From assembly GCA_051252375.1 (NCBI GenBank), contig JBPOFY010000008.1:1-64000 (forward strand): a stretch of DNA of 64,000 bases, in the 5' to 3' direction. The DNA comes from Opitutaceae bacterium. GTDB lineage: Bacteria; Verrucomicrobiota; Verrucomicrobiia; Opitutales; Coraliomargaritaceae. Of this stretch, positions 1 through 10,714 are shown one piece after another. The notes below the pieces were generated by a model, which saw only the letters and a program-made list of their open reading frames with translations, ran no database searches and was not told the origin of the DNA. Position numbers and translations under genes: made by a program. The stretch's first letter is position 1. Each line of letters begins with the position of its first letter.

Positions 1-84
1 CTCTTACCTCTTACCTCTTACCTCTTACCTCTTACCTCTTACCTCTTACCTCTTACCTCTTACCTCTTACCTCTTACCTCTTAC
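1..84. repeat. Heptamer tandem repeat (CTCTTAC)x12, runs off window start
   Basis: Twelve perfect copies read directly; the last copies overlap the rsgA stop codon. Confidence 0.97.
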
Positions 85-1159
85 TTCGCCGACTATATTT
101 CTCGCCCTTCGACTTCAACTCGCGGCGAGTGCGTCGGCTGACAGTAAGCTCACGCTTTTTCTGACGCTCCTTGAGCTTCTCGATTTCAAAATCTAATTTG
201 AGATAATTAATAAAGCGCTCCTCGGACAAAGCGCCCGATTGTATCGCCTCGCGAATCGCGCAGCCCTTGTCCGCGCCATGCTTACAATCGTGAAACTGAC
301 AACGCTGAGCGATCTCATCGAAATCACGGAAGCTTTCTTTCAAAGTGGTCGCATCCGTCCACATCTGCACCTCACGGATACCAGGATTATCGATCAACAT
401 GCCGCCCTTCTTCAGCACCATCAACTCGCGAGCCGTGGTCGTGTGCATCCCCTTGCCGGTCACACCATTCACTTCACCCGTCCAGAGCCAGTCTTGGCCC
501 AGCAGCTGATTGATAATCGAAGACTTCCCCACGCCACTCGATCCGATCAGCGCCACAGTCAAACCCGGCCGTAAATACGAATTCAAGGCATCCACACCCG
601 AGCGATCCATCGCAGAAGTGACCAGCACCTCCACATCCGGATTCAAAGCTTTTAACTGTGTGACCGCCTCAGCGTTTTCGTCATCTGAGTGTAGATCCGA
701 TTTATTCAGCAAAACCACTTGGCGTGCACCACTGCGCTGCATCACCGCAAAGTATCGCTCCATTCGGCGGAGGTTAAAGTCCTGCCCTGCATCCGTGACC
801 ACAAAGACCACGTCCACATTCGCAGCCATCACCTGCTCCTCCGTGCTTTTACCAGGAGCCTTGCGAGAGAGACAGGTCTGCCGCTCCAGCCGTGCGCGGA
901 TCACCGCCTCATACTCGTTGTTCTCTTCACCAAATTCTAAAGCCACCCAGTCACCTACTGCAGGCAACTCCGCGTCCGTCTGTGCTTCGTGGTAAACCGC
1001 GCCACCCAGATTCACCTCGATCTCACTGCCATCATCTAGGATCGCCCCATAGGAGATCTTGTTATCACGGATCAACCGAGCCGGACGCCAGCCCTTGCTG
1101 TAGTAGTCCGCAAACTCCGCCTCATAACGAGCGTTCCATCCGATGTCTTCCAATGTCAT
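74..1159 (-). CDS. rsgA: Ribosome small subunit-dependent GTPase A
   Basis: Circularly permuted GTPase: NKSD, GSSGVGKS, GMHTTT, DNPG, C-terminal CQFHDCKH..C zinc site. Start placed at MTLEDIGW. Confidence 0.93.
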   Translation of the reverse strand: MTLEDIGWNARYEAEFADYYSKGWRPARLIRDNKISYGAILDDGSEIEVNLGGAVYHEAQTDAELPAVGDWVALEFGEENNEYEAVIRARLERQTCLSRKAPGKSTEEQVMAANVDVVFVVTDAGQDFNLRRMERYFAVMQRSGARQVVLLNKSDLHSDDENAEAVTQLKALNPDVEVLVTSAMDRSGVDALNSYLRPGLTVALIGSSGVGKSSIINQLLGQDWLWTGEVNGVTGKGMHTTTARELMVLKKGGMLIDNPGIREVQMWTDATTLKESFRDFDEIAQRCQFHDCKHGADKGCAIREAIQSGALSEERFINYLKLDFEIEKLKERQKKRELTVSRRTRRELKSKGEKYSRRSKR

Positions 1160-1222
1160 TCCGGCACATGCTAAGCCCAATCACTGATGAGACAAGACTA
1201 CGTAAGAAATAAAATCGGCTCA

Positions 1223-1433
1223 CTGGAGGGACGTGTTTCACACGTCCGCCAACGCTCTGTTTTTCCAGCGAAGCTGGATACCGCTTATAAACGTTAATTT
1301 TACGCTTATGGTTCGTTTTCATATTTCCTTATCAAGCGTCTGAGTGGATCAGCGTTCAATTGGCGTAAATTAGCGGTTAAACATACGCCTGTCTCGCTAT
1401 CATTCCTGGAGGGACGTGTTTCACACGTCCGCC
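1223..1433. repeat. Two identical 28-bp REP-like hairpins (1223-1250, 1406-1433)
   Basis: CTGGAGGGACGTGTTTCACACGTCCGCC in both; stem GGACGTGT/ACACGTCC with a TGGAG foot. Confidence 0.85.
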
Positions 1434-1538
1434 TATCCAGAGCCCACAATCCAAAATTCGTGTCCGTTCCCGTTCCAACCCAATACAATCTCGCATTTCT
1501 CGGAATAAGATACCCACTCATCACGTCCCACACAAAAT

Positions 1539-1617
1539 GCATCACGCATCACGCATCTCGCACCACTCACCACTCACCACTCACCACTCACCACTCACCA
1601 CTCACCACTTACCACTC
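1539..1617. repeat. Heptamer tandem repeats (GCATCAC)n then (CACCACT)~x8
   Basis: Read directly, immediately upstream of the peroxiredoxin-like start codon. Confidence 0.9.
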
Positions 1618-1624
1618 AATAAAC

Positions 1625-2248
1625 ATGAACAAAGCTACCATCCTCGCCACCACTCTATTCATTACAGCATTTGCCAGCTATGCACGCGCCCACGACGTGC
1701 CTACAGACGCAAATGAGATCAACCCAGTCGAAGTCGGCACCCTCGTTCCTGACGCGGCCGTCAAAACTCCGAAAGGCGATGCGATCCAACTCCGCAGCTT
1801 AACCGTAGGTAAGCCCAGCGTGCTCGTGTTTTATCGCGGTAGTTGGTGCCCATATTGCAACCGTCAACTTTCCGCCCTCGCTGAGGTCGAAGAGGAACTC
1901 CTTGCCCTCGGCTACCAGATCATCGCATTCTCGCCCGACAAACCAGAGATCGTCGCCGAAACCGCCAGCGAAGCAGTGACTTATCAATTGATTGCCGACT
2001 CTGCGCTCAACGCAGCACAAGCCTTCGGAGTCGCCTTCACTGTCAACGACGCCATTATTAAAAAGCTCGGCAAACACAACATCGACATTGAAGCCGCATC
2101 CGGTGAAACCCACCACATGCTCCCCGTTCCCGCCGTGTTCTTAACCAACGCCGAAGGACGCATCACTTACCGCTATTACAACGCCGACTACAAGGTCCGC
2201 CTAGCATCTGAAGATTTGATCAAAGCCGCCAAAGCAGCCGCTAAATAA
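1625..2248 (+). CDS. Exported peroxiredoxin-like AhpC/TSA family redoxin
   Basis: Signal peptide, FYRGSWCPYC motif, LPVPAVF. The upstream in-frame extension is only the heptamer repeat. Confidence 0.88.
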   Translation: MNKATILATTLFITAFASYARAHDVPTDANEINPVEVGTLVPDAAVKTPKGDAIQLRSLTVGKPSVLVFYRGSWCPYCNRQLSALAEVEEELLALGYQIIAFSPDKPEIVAETASEAVTYQLIADSALNAAQAFGVAFTVNDAIIKKLGKHNIDIEAASGETHHMLPVPAVFLTNAEGRITYRYYNADYKVRLASEDLIKAAKAAAK

Positions 2249-2316
2249 GCACCCGGCCGTTATCCGCTGCTACCGATTCTCCCCCGTCTAACGACGGAGG
2301 CCACGCAATCCAAAAA

Positions 2317-2342
2317 GGTAGCGGCGGTCGTCCCGACCGCCA
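2317..2342 (+). repeat. GTAG-foot REP-like hairpin
   Basis: GGTAGC GGCGGTCG TCC CGACCGCC between convergent genes. Confidence 0.6.
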
Positions 2343-2411
2343 TCGAGTCTTCGTCGCCTCTATCGCAAGACTGGGCTTCCATCCTTCGTCGCTTAAACAA
2401 CCCACGAAAAA

Positions 2412-3617
2412 TCACTCCTCCGCCGATTCCGAGCGCCTAAGCACACCGACGCAGAAGTAAGCCAGTATCAACGCGGCGCTTCCCGCGAGGATCCACCAGA
2501 ACAGCGCCCAGCTCTGTAGCTCATCTGCCACCTGTAGATGATAGAGCCGGTCGCAAGCGAATGCGCCGATCACTCCGGCTACGCATACAAGAAATTGATA
2601 CAATGCCTGCGCCTGCCCGCGCATCGTGCCTGGCACTCGCTTGTCTAAGAACATGCGCCCAGCCACACTAATGAAGGCATAGATCAGCCCGTGTAGCGCG
2701 ATGCCGAGCCAAATGATCGACAAGATCCCCAGCTCACCCGCCAGCGCAAACAACGAAAAGCGCGTGACCGCGAAGGCCAGCCCGACGATCAAGAACCAAC
2801 GAATCCGGTAGCGTCCCGCAGCAAAGCTCAAAAAGAGCATCGCCCCGATCTCAACCATTTGCCCCATCGTCATTTGCGCCGTCGGATGCAAGCTGCCAAA
2901 ATCCTTCAACATAATTGGCACGAGCATATAATACGCAGCGCAAGGTATCACAATCAAAGACGAGGCTATATAAAAGACGCGCAACTCCTTCAGCTTTAAC
3001 AAGCCAAAGGCCCTCAAGCCCAAGACTGCTTGCCAGCCTTTACTGACATGATCTGTAGGCGGCGTCGCCGGCAGCAAAAAACAGAGCCCACCCATCACGA
3101 GCCGCACACAAGCGGCGAGCTGCCCAGCATTCGCAGATTCATCGAAGGCCAGCCCACTGATAATCCAACCACCCAGCATCCAACCGATCGTCCCGAACAT
3201 CGAATAGATCGGAAAGCTCTTCGACGCATTTGGTAAATTCGCCAGTTTGATCTTCGTGATCAATGGAATCATCGGCCCCGATATCAGCGCGTTCATTCCC
3301 TGAAATAAGAGAAAGTAGCCTGGGTGCCAGCCCCACTCCAAAGAAGAGAAGGCAAGCCAAAGAAACACCGCGCCGGAAGCACCCAACACACCGAGTAATT
3401 TCTCCGCATTCACCCGACGATCCGAAAGCGCACCAAAAATGAGCGCCGAAAAAATCGAGAAAAACGACGCCATCGCCGTGACATAGGGCAACACCCAACG
3501 CGCATTATGCGTCTCCAGGATATTCGGAAACGAAGTGAACCACATCCCCGGCGCCATGAACATCAGGCACATCACGACGGCCATCATATAACGCTGCTGC
3601 TGGAGGGGGAGTTTCAT
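2412..3617 (-). CDS. MFS transporter, nucleoside:H+ symporter (NupG/XapB-like)
   Basis: About 12 hydrophobic segments, GALSDRR MFS motif, FGTIGW, MTMGQMVE, GIALHG. Confidence 0.82.
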   Translation of the reverse strand: MKLPLQQQRYMMAVVMCLMFMAPGMWFTSFPNILETHNARWVLPYVTAMASFFSIFSALIFGALSDRRVNAEKLLGVLGASGAVFLWLAFSSLEWGWHPGYFLLFQGMNALISGPMIPLITKIKLANLPNASKSFPIYSMFGTIGWMLGGWIISGLAFDESANAGQLAACVRLVMGGLCFLLPATPPTDHVSKGWQAVLGLRAFGLLKLKELRVFYIASSLIVIPCAAYYMLVPIMLKDFGSLHPTAQMTMGQMVEIGAMLFLSFAAGRYRIRWFLIVGLAFAVTRFSLFALAGELGILSIIWLGIALHGLIYAFISVAGRMFLDKRVPGTMRGQAQALYQFLVCVAGVIGAFACDRLYHLQVADELQSWALFWWILAGSAALILAYFCVGVLRRSESAEE

Positions 3618-3716
3618 CAATTATAGAAATCAGTCATCAAGTTCTATTTCTAGGATTCTGACCAGCAACAAGTCACCCAATCCACGCAGAGCTTACAACG
3701 CTGTCAGTTTTAACTC

Positions 3717-4050
3717 CCCTTCGACACGGCTCAGGGTAGACGAAGGACACGAAAGATCATTTCCCACCCAGAATCCAAATTCAAAATTGGACGTTCGACG
3801 TTCGACGTTCACCCCCCTTTCGTGTCTTTCGCATTTTTCGTAGTCAAAACCACTCCCCACCCAGCCTCCAAATTCAAAATTCGACGTTCAACGTTGGACG
3901 TTCGATGTTCACCCCCTCCCAACTTCCCAACCTCCCAACTTCCCAGCTTCCCAACCTCCCAACCTCTCAACCTCCCAACTTCCCAACCTCCCAACCTCCA
4001 ACCTCCAACCTCTTCTCCCCCCCCTATCCCCTATCCCCTCACCCCTCACC
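3717..4050. repeat. Intergenic mosaic of short repeats
   Basis: (TTCGACG)n heptamers at ~3788 and ~3880, (CYTCCCAA)n octamers ~3915-4010, GACACGAAAG/TTTCGTGTC inverted pair, CCCTTCGACACGGCTCAGGG motif. Confidence 0.85.
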
Positions 4051-4098
4051 CAAACTCCCCCCTTGCACCGAATCGCGGGGCGTGAATGCTCCAACCTC

Positions 4099-6639
4099 AT
4101 GGATTTCCCGCTCAAGCCTCTCCCCCACGTAACCGACCCCGATGCTCTGATGGAGCACTTCCTCGACTATGCAGTGGCGAAGGGCATCGAGCTCTACCCC
4201 GCACAGGAGGAAGCCATCCTCGAAGTCTTCTCGGGGAAGAACGTCATCCTCAACACCCCCACCGGTTCGGGCAAATCACTGGTCGCGGCGGCACTGCATT
4301 TCCTCTCTGCCTCACAGGGCAAGCAATCCGTTTACACCTGCCCGATCAAGGCACTCGTCAATGAAAAGTTCCTCGCGCTCTGCCGCGATTTCGGACCCGA
4401 AAACGTCGGCATGATGACGGGCGACGCCTCCGTCAACCGCGGCGCACCGATCCTTTGCTGCACCGCCGAGATCCTCGCCAACATCGCCCTGCGCGATGGC
4501 GCGAAAGCCAAAGTCCACGACGTGATCATGGACGAGTTTCACTATTACTCCGACCCCGAGCGCGGCGGCGCCTGGCAAGCCCCCCTACTCACTCTCCCCA
4601 ATGCGCGCTTCCTGCTGATCTCCGCCACCCTCGGCGAAACGAAATTCTTCGAGCGCGAGATGGAGCGCGTCACCGGCAACGAAGCGGTCACCGTATTCAG
4701 TAGCGAGCGCCCCGTCCCGCTAGAGTTCACCTACGTCGAAGACCCGCTCACCGAGACACTGGAAAAGCTCCAGGCCGCCAACAAGTTCCCTGTCTATATC
4801 GTCCACTTTACTCAGCGCTCCGCATCCGAGACCGCGCAGAGTTTGCTCAGCCTCACCGTCTGCAGCAAAGAGGAAAAAGCGGCGATCACCAAGGAGCTGC
4901 AGGAAGTCCCCTTCACCAGCCCCTTTGGAAAAGAGATCAAGAAACTCCTGCGCGCGGGCATCGGTCTACACCACGCCGGACTCTTGCCGAAATACCGCGT
5001 GCTGATCGAGAAGCTCGCACAAAAGGGCATGCTCAAAATCATCTGCGGGACCGATACCCTCGGTGTCGGCGTCAACGTGCCGATCCGCACCGTGCTCTTC
5101 ACCCAACTGTGTAAATACGGCGGCATCAAAACCGGCATCCTCACCGCACGCGACTTCCATCAAATCAGCGGACGCGCCGGCCGCAAAGGATTCGACGACC
5201 ACGGCTACGTCGTCGCGATGGCCCCCGAACACGTGATCGAAAACAAGAAGCTCGAAGCCAAAGCCGCCGGCGATCCGAAGAAGAAAAAGAAACTCGTCAA
5301 GCGCAAGCCACCCGAGCGCGGCTTCGTGCATTGGGATGAGCAGACCTTCATCCGCCTGCAATCCGCGCCCGCAGAACCACTCACTTCCAGTTTCAAAGTC
5401 TCGCACGGCATGTTGCTCAACGTCCTCAGCCGCGAAGGCGATGGCTGCGCCGCCATGCGTCAGCTCATTACAGACTGCCACAACAACGAAGGCTCCAAGA
5501 AAACGATGCGAAAGCAATCGTTCCAACTGTTTCGCGCACTCGTCGATCGCAGCATCATCGAGATCATGCCCAAAGGCTCCGAGCAAAAGCTCCGCGTCAA
5601 CCTAGAGCTACAAGACGACTTTTCACTCAACCAAGCGCTCTCCCTCTACTGTATCGACACCCTCGGTCTGCTCGATACCACCGCACCGGAATACGCGCTC
5701 AAGCTAATCAGCCTGGTTGAAGCTATTCTCGAAAACCCCGACGTCATTCTGCGCAAGCAGCTCGACAAACTAAAGGGCGATAAAGTCGCCGAGATGAAAG
5801 CCGCTGGCGTCGAATACGACGACCGGATGGAAGAACTCGACAAGATGGAATACCCAAAACCCGAGCGCGAATTCATCTACGACACCTTTAACCAATTCGC
5901 CGCCGACCACCCCTGGGTCGGCGCGGAAAACATCAAGCCGAAGTCCATCGCCCGCGAAATGTTCGAGCGCTACAGCAGCTTCGCCGACTACATCAAGTAT
6001 TATGGGCTCATGCGCTCCGAAGGTCTGCTGCTGCGTCACTTGACCAACGTTTACCGCGTCATAGAACACACCATTCCACCCGCCTTCAAGACCGAGGCGG
6101 TCGACGAAGTCGTGACCTACATCGAGAACCTGCTGCGCATCACCGACTCCAGCCTACTCGACGAATGGGAAACCTTAAAAGACCCCGACTACAAACCCAA
6201 TACCGACGAAGCCCTCCCCACTCCAAAAGGCCCGAAAGACATCACCCGCGACCGCGAAGCCTTCACCCGTCTCGTCCGCAACGAAGTCTTCCGTTTCCTA
6301 AGAATGCTCGCCAACAAGGAGTATCAGGAAATCGACGAAACCTTCCCACTCGATCAAATGTTCCCCGAAGCCCGCTGGAAATACACCGAGCTCAGCAACG
6401 CGATGGAAGCCTACTACGCGACCCACGAATGGATCCGCCTCGACCCCGCCGCGAGGAATAAGGCCAACACCAATATAATAGAATCCGAAGACCGCACAAG
6501 TTGGCTCATCGAACAAACCCTAGTCGATCCCGAGGAGCTGAATGATTTTCAAATCACATTCAGCCTTTCCATCGCAGATGCGAAAGAGAATAGCACCGTA
6601 AAAATCGTGCCTTTAGAATTGAAGGCGATTACAGAGTAA
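4099..6639 (+). CDS. Ski2/HelY-like DEAD/DEAH-box helicase with DUF3516-like C-terminus
   Basis: [34 protein letters not shown] motifs. Confidence 0.92.
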   Translation: MDFPLKPLPHVTDPDALMEHFLDYAVAKGIELYPAQEEAILEVFSGKNVILNTPTGSGKSLVAAALHFLSASQGKQSVYTCPIKALVNEKFLALCRDFGPENVGMMTGDASVNRGAPILCCTAEILANIALRDGAKAKVHDVIMDEFHYYSDPERGGAWQAPLLTLPNARFLLISATLGETKFFEREMERVTGNEAVTVFSSERPVPLEFTYVEDPLTETLEKLQAANKFPVYIVHFTQRSASETAQSLLSLTVCSKEEKAAITKELQEVPFTSPFGKEIKKLLRAGIGLHHAGLLPKYRVLIEKLAQKGMLKIICGTDTLGVGVNVPIRTVLFTQLCKYGGIKTGILTARDFHQISGRAGRKGFDDHGYVVAMAPEHVIENKKLEAKAAGDPKKKKKLVKRKPPERGFVHWDEQTFIRLQSAPAEPLTSSFKVSHGMLLNVLSREGDGCAAMRQLITDCHNNEGSKKTMRKQSFQLFRALVDRSIIEIMPKGSEQKLRVNLELQDDFSLNQALSLYCIDTLGLLDTTAPEYALKLISLVEAILENPDVILRKQLDKLKGDKVAEMKAAGVEYDDRMEELDKMEYPKPEREFIYDTFNQFAADHPWVGAENIKPKSIAREMFERYSSFADYIKYYGLMRSEGLLLRHLTNVYRVIEHTIPPAFKTEAVDEVVTYIENLLRITDSSLLDEWETLKDPDYKPNTDEALPTPKGPKDITRDREAFTRLVRNEVFRFLRMLANKEYQEIDETFPLDQMFPEARWKYTELSNAMEAYYATHEWIRLDPAARNKANTNIIESEDRTSWLIEQTLVDPEELNDFQITFSLSIADAKENSTVKIVPLELKAITE

Positions 6640-6653
6640 AAGAACTAGCAGAA

Positions 6654-6678
6654 ATCTTTATATTTTGCGTTTGACCCC
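6654..6678 (-). repeat. 25-bp site GGGGTCAAACGCAAAATATAAAGAT (left copy)
   Basis: Exact reverse complement of 10108-10132 and 13677-13701; identical to 10531-10555. Confidence 0.93.
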
Positions 6679-6836
6679 ATTTTCAGCCTGACCCCATTTT
6701 CAGCCTTAGTGGCACGATCTTTACGACACCCTTTTCCCCTGCGAGTAGTAAATTGAAGATTGTGGCTGAGCAAGGTTCAGTGAACTATGTCGCCAATCTG
6801 TCTAATTTAAAAACGCCATAATACATCGACTTTAAA

Positions 6837-9800
6837 ATGAAGATTTACTGCAAAAAAATACTGCTCGCATGCTGCTCGTTGGCTGTCGGATTGAGCCTCA
6901 CATCTTGTGATAAATCAAAAGACGAGGAGGACGGGCTACATGTAAGCTTTGATGCCGAAGTAAGGGAGCCACTGCCGTGGCCTTACGACAGTCATCAAAT
7001 CAAAAGTTACAGTGAGTTTCCTAAAGTTGGCGAGCTCGTCCAAGAGGCAAGATACTCAACAGATTCCGGTCCAGAGAGAATGGTTGGAGTGACGTTATAC
7101 CTCGAATTTGAGAATACTGGCACCACGCCGATGGATGTCAGGATAAAGCTAATTGGGCGCACAGAATATGAATCGAGAGGGGCTGAGACGGGTAAGCTTA
7201 CCTGGGGAGGCGAGCCCGTCACAAAGACATTTCGTGAAACCTTAAAGCCCGGTGTTAATGAAGTGAGCTGCTATGTTGATACTCTTTCAACCGTTGAAGC
7301 TAGCGGGGCAGGAGGCGCTATTGGATTATTGTTCGGTGCCGTGATGACAGGAAGTAATACAGCAGGCTCTATGCTCCACCCAGATGTCGAGTTTCAAATA
7401 TTTTTGGATCCAGACGACACCGATGCATGGGATCGGGCGAGTAAAGTCAATACGATCGATGCATATAGAAAATACCTGCCACTTGGAGCTACTCGAGGGC
7501 ATCGGGACGAGGCCGTTGCTGCCGTGGAAACCCTGCGGGAAGAGCAGTTTTATTCGAAATTCGTAGCCATGCCATGCTTGGCGAGCGCGAGAGATTACAT
7601 TCAAAACTGTAAGCAACTTAGGGAAATTTATCGCACTACTCACGCTCGCAAAAGGTATCAAGCAATGCAGTTATTACTGGAGAGGCTTGAGGATCCGCAG
7701 ACTCAGTTGGACGCGATTCGCCAAGTCTTTATCACCCCTGGCAGCACGGCAGCAATTCGTGAGATGATTCATGCAGAATACGGTAATCATCTCCCAGTAG
7801 CAACATGGTTAACATGGCACCCATATGAGTCTAATAGTGCTATAGATGAAGAAGACTTTGAACTGGCATACATCAAAGCCAGAAACTTACTCCTTGCGAA
7901 TCGGCGGGTAAGCTATGAGCAAGTCAGGAAATTGCGTTTCAACGTCGCCTATCCCTCACCTCGTTTATCCGCATTTACAAAAGACTTAATAGAACCTCGT
8001 TTGAAGCTGCCTCAAGCTCCAGAGTTGAATAAGGGTGAATTTGAGACACTTGCAGAGTTCGAAGCCAAGAAAAAGAAACAAGCGGTCGCTTACGAAAATA
8101 TCGTTTCAGATAAGCGTCAGGAGTATGCTAAGCGCAAAGGCGAATATGACGCAAAGGTGGCTAAGGCCAAGCAAGACCATGGAAAAGCACATTCCGTATG
8201 GTTAGAAAAGAAAAATACCTTTGATGGAATTACAGGTAAAATCAACGGTCTGTCGCCAACAGCCGATGCGCTCCGCACATTTCTGGCGCATGACAGCTTT
8301 AGCTACTCGCTTGGCACATACGATGCAGAGCGGGGCGTTTTCCCAGCAACCATTGAGTGCAAACAATTCCCCGAACTATCCATATCGGGCGAAGTTGCTG
8401 TCGCGAGAAATATCGCGAGTCAACACCGTGAAAAAGCACAGCAATATTCCAAGCTGGAATTCCGTTTCTTGGAGCAAGATGACAAACTCTCGTTGGTTGC
8501 GGTCAATATCGTCGACCTTCACCACGACGTCACACTTCCTCTTCACATGCAAGAGGGCTCCAAAATGCTGACCTGGAACACATCTACGGTGAAGCGAGAG
8601 CGCCAAGACTACAAGGATGGCGACATCTCCAAACTTAGGGAGCAGGACCTTAAAAGTTACCTGACCAGCAGCTGGCATACGGGGCAATATACGGATCGCT
8701 TCCAAATCGAGCTGCAGCGAATTGTCGATGAGAGGGAGAGACGGCGCCTTGAAGCAAAGAGGATTGCTGCTGAAAAGGAGAGGCAACGCCTTGAGGCTCA
8801 GCGGATTGCTGATAAAAAAGAAAGGCAACGCCTTGCAGAGTTACGACGCCTTAAAGAAGAGAAACAAGAGGAGTTAAGACGTGCTAAGGCTGAAATGGCT
8901 AGACTGCTAAAGGAAGCAGAAGAAGCCAAGAAGGCAAAAATTGCTAAGTGGGAAAAATACCAAGCGCAGGTCGCTGAAATTGTTGTAAAAAGAGGCTGGG
9001 ATCAAGTTTTTGATTTTAGCGAAGGGCTAGCTCGAATTGATGGAGCTTTTTACGATCGTGATGGTAAAAGGGTTCTATCCCAAACTCCCAAGCATCAATA
9101 CCCTCGTGTAGACTTTTGGGGATCTCAGTTTCATGGTGGACTGCTAAGTGTTCAACGTCGTGAAAGTTCTGTTGCTGGATCGCAATGGGGGTATATTGAT
9201 CAGAGTGGTAATTTTTTGGGTGACCGTGTTTGGCAAAGCTTGAGCGATACGTCGCGCGATAAAGAATTATCTTTTCGCGATCACTATAATTTTATAGATG
9301 GCTATGCGATAGTGTTTGGTCAAATAGTTCCCAAGAGTCGCGAGCTGTCAAAATACTATGTGATTAATCGGGAGGGGGATCTAATTCTCAAACGGTCTAT
9401 CTCCTTCCTTAGCGAAGGTATGTTTGCATTTAAGAAAAGACTCGAGCACCCATACCATAACGATTACGCATATGGATTTGTAAATGCTCGCGGAGAAATT
9501 GTGGTTCAACCCGTATGGGATAAGGCGATGCCATTTAGCGAAGGCTATGCCGCGGTTAGTGGGATGCGTGTATCGGGGGCTAAGAGTCAAAGTAAAGATT
9601 GGGGCTTCATCGATAAACAAGGTAAAATAGTTATCCCGCCAGCATTCGTTTCCGTTGGTAAGTTTTCTGGAGGGCTATGTGCCGTTTGGAAGCGCACTTC
9701 GAATAACAGACATTCTTTGGGGTATATTAACTCCTCAAATAAAGTAATTATTGAATTCAATAGTGATTGGCGGGAAGCAGGAGAGTTTTCTGAAGGGTTT

Positions 9801-10082
9801 GCTAGTGTGAAGAAAGGTCACAGATATCTTTTCATTGATAAATCAGGCAAGGACGTCTTTAGGAAAGTCTGGGAGGATACTAAAGAATTTAGCCAAGGGT
9901 TTGCAGCGGTAAAATTAGGTGGAAAATGGGGCATTATTGATACTAAAGGAGAAATATTCTCAAAGTGTATGTGGGACGATGTCGGACCTTTCCAGGAGGG
10001 CTTTGCTCGAGTTCGAAAAGACGAGAAAGAGGCATTCTTAGGCTTAGATGGAAAAGTTTACTTTCTAAAACCTGAGAAATAG
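6837..10082 (+). CDS. WG-repeat (KWG-type) lipoprotein with central coiled coil
   Basis: Lipobox LTSC, charged coiled coil, repeated FSEG.A.V...WG(F/Y)IDK.G units in the C-terminal third. Confidence 0.85.
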   Translation: MKIYCKKILLACCSLAVGLSLTSCDKSKDEEDGLHVSFDAEVREPLPWPYDSHQIKSYSEFPKVGELVQEARYSTDSGPERMVGVTLYLEFENTGTTPMDVRIKLIGRTEYESRGAETGKLTWGGEPVTKTFRETLKPGVNEVSCYVDTLSTVEASGAGGAIGLLFGAVMTGSNTAGSMLHPDVEFQIFLDPDDTDAWDRASKVNTIDAYRKYLPLGATRGHRDEAVAAVETLREEQFYSKFVAMPCLASARDYIQNCKQLREIYRTTHARKRYQAMQLLLERLEDPQTQLDAIRQVFITPGSTAAIREMIHAEYGNHLPVATWLTWHPYESNSAIDEEDFELAYIKARNLLLANRRVSYEQVRKLRFNVAYPSPRLSAFTKDLIEPRLKLPQAPELNKGEFETLAEFEAKKKKQAVAYENIVSDKRQEYAKRKGEYDAKVAKAKQDHGKAHSVWLEKKNTFDGITGKINGLSPTADALRTFLAHDSFSYSLGTYDAERGVFPATIECKQFPELSISGEVAVARNIASQHREKAQQYSKLEFRFLEQDDKLSLVAVNIVDLHHDVTLPLHMQEGSKMLTWNTSTVKRERQDYKDGDISKLREQDLKSYLTSSWHTGQYTDRFQIELQRIVDERERRRLEAKRIAAEKERQRLEAQRIADKKERQRLAELRRLKEEKQEELRRAKAEMARLLKEAEEAKKAKIAKWEKYQAQVAEIVVKRGWDQVFDFSEGLARIDGAFYDRDGKRVLSQTPKHQYPRVDFWGSQFHGGLLSVQRRESSVAGSQWGYIDQSGNFLGDRVWQSLSDTSRDKELSFRDHYNFIDGYAIVFGQIVPKSRELSKYYVINREGDLILKRSISFLSEGMFAFKKRLEHPYHNDYAYGFVNARGEIVVQPVWDKAMPFSEGYAAVSGMRVSGAKSQSKDWGFIDKQGKIVIPPAFVSVGKFSGGLCAVWKRTSNNRHSLGYINSSNKVIIEFNSDWREAGEFSEGFASVKKGHRYLFIDKSGKDVFRKVWEDTKEFSQGFAAVKLGGKWGIIDTKGEIFSKCMWDDVGPFQEGFARVRKDEKEAFLGLDGKVYFLKPEK

Positions 10083-10107
10083 GGGAACAAAAGGGAAGGG
10101 AACAAAA

Positions 10108-10132
10108 GGGGTCAAACGCAAAATATAAAGAT
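10108..10132 (+). repeat. 25-bp site GGGGTCAAACGCAAAATATAAAGAT (right copy)
   Basis: Direct reading, 25 bp after the WG-repeat gene stop. Confidence 0.93.
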
Positions 10133-10305
10133 CCACCCGAATGACTCCACCCCACTCCGACAGCCTTGCCATCTGATACTGCAAAAAGACTCAAAAGGGG
10201 TCATGCGTTATGTTTGCAATTCCCCTCAAAAACGGAGAATTGAATGGGACAAACCCGAGGGCGAAGCGACAACCTTAATGTAAAGATCACGCTTCTATGT
10301 CTCGT

Positions 10306-10555
10306 ATGGATCCGCCTCGACCCCGCCGCACGGAATAAGGCCAACAGCAAAATCACCGAATCCGAAGACCGCCAAACCTGGATCATCGAACAAACCCTAG
10401 TCGACCCCGAAGAGCTCAACGACTTTCAAATCACCTTCAGTCTCTCGATGACGGAAGCTAAAGAGAATGGCACCGTCAAAATCATACCCTTGGAACTGAA
10501 GTCGATTGCCGAGTAAAAGAACTAGCAGAAATCTTTATATTTTGCGTTTGACCCC
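10306..10555 (+). pseudogene. Duplicated 3' end of the helicase plus downstream site
   Basis: Colinear, indel-free copy of 6429-6678; 56/69 aa identical; the non-coding tail after the stop is identical. Confidence 0.93.
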
Positions 10556-10714
10556 TTTTTCGCCCTGACCCCTTTTTCGCCCTTTTTCGCCCTGAAGTGT
10601 TACCGATGTCCTAAGAAGATCTGTTGCCGATGCCCTAGGATCATACCGTTTGCTCCCCCTGGCATAGGTCTATTCAAACTTGCCAATGATATGCTTTATA
10701 CGTAGGGTGTCAGG

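Noticed and set aside
3809..4132. Short ORFs in the repeat-rich intergenic region
   Set aside because: They are translations of 7/8-mer repeats with no protein-like features.
6429..10555. Diversity-generating retroelement TR/VR pair
   Set aside because: Differences are mostly synonymous and not confined to adenines; no reverse transcriptase in the window.
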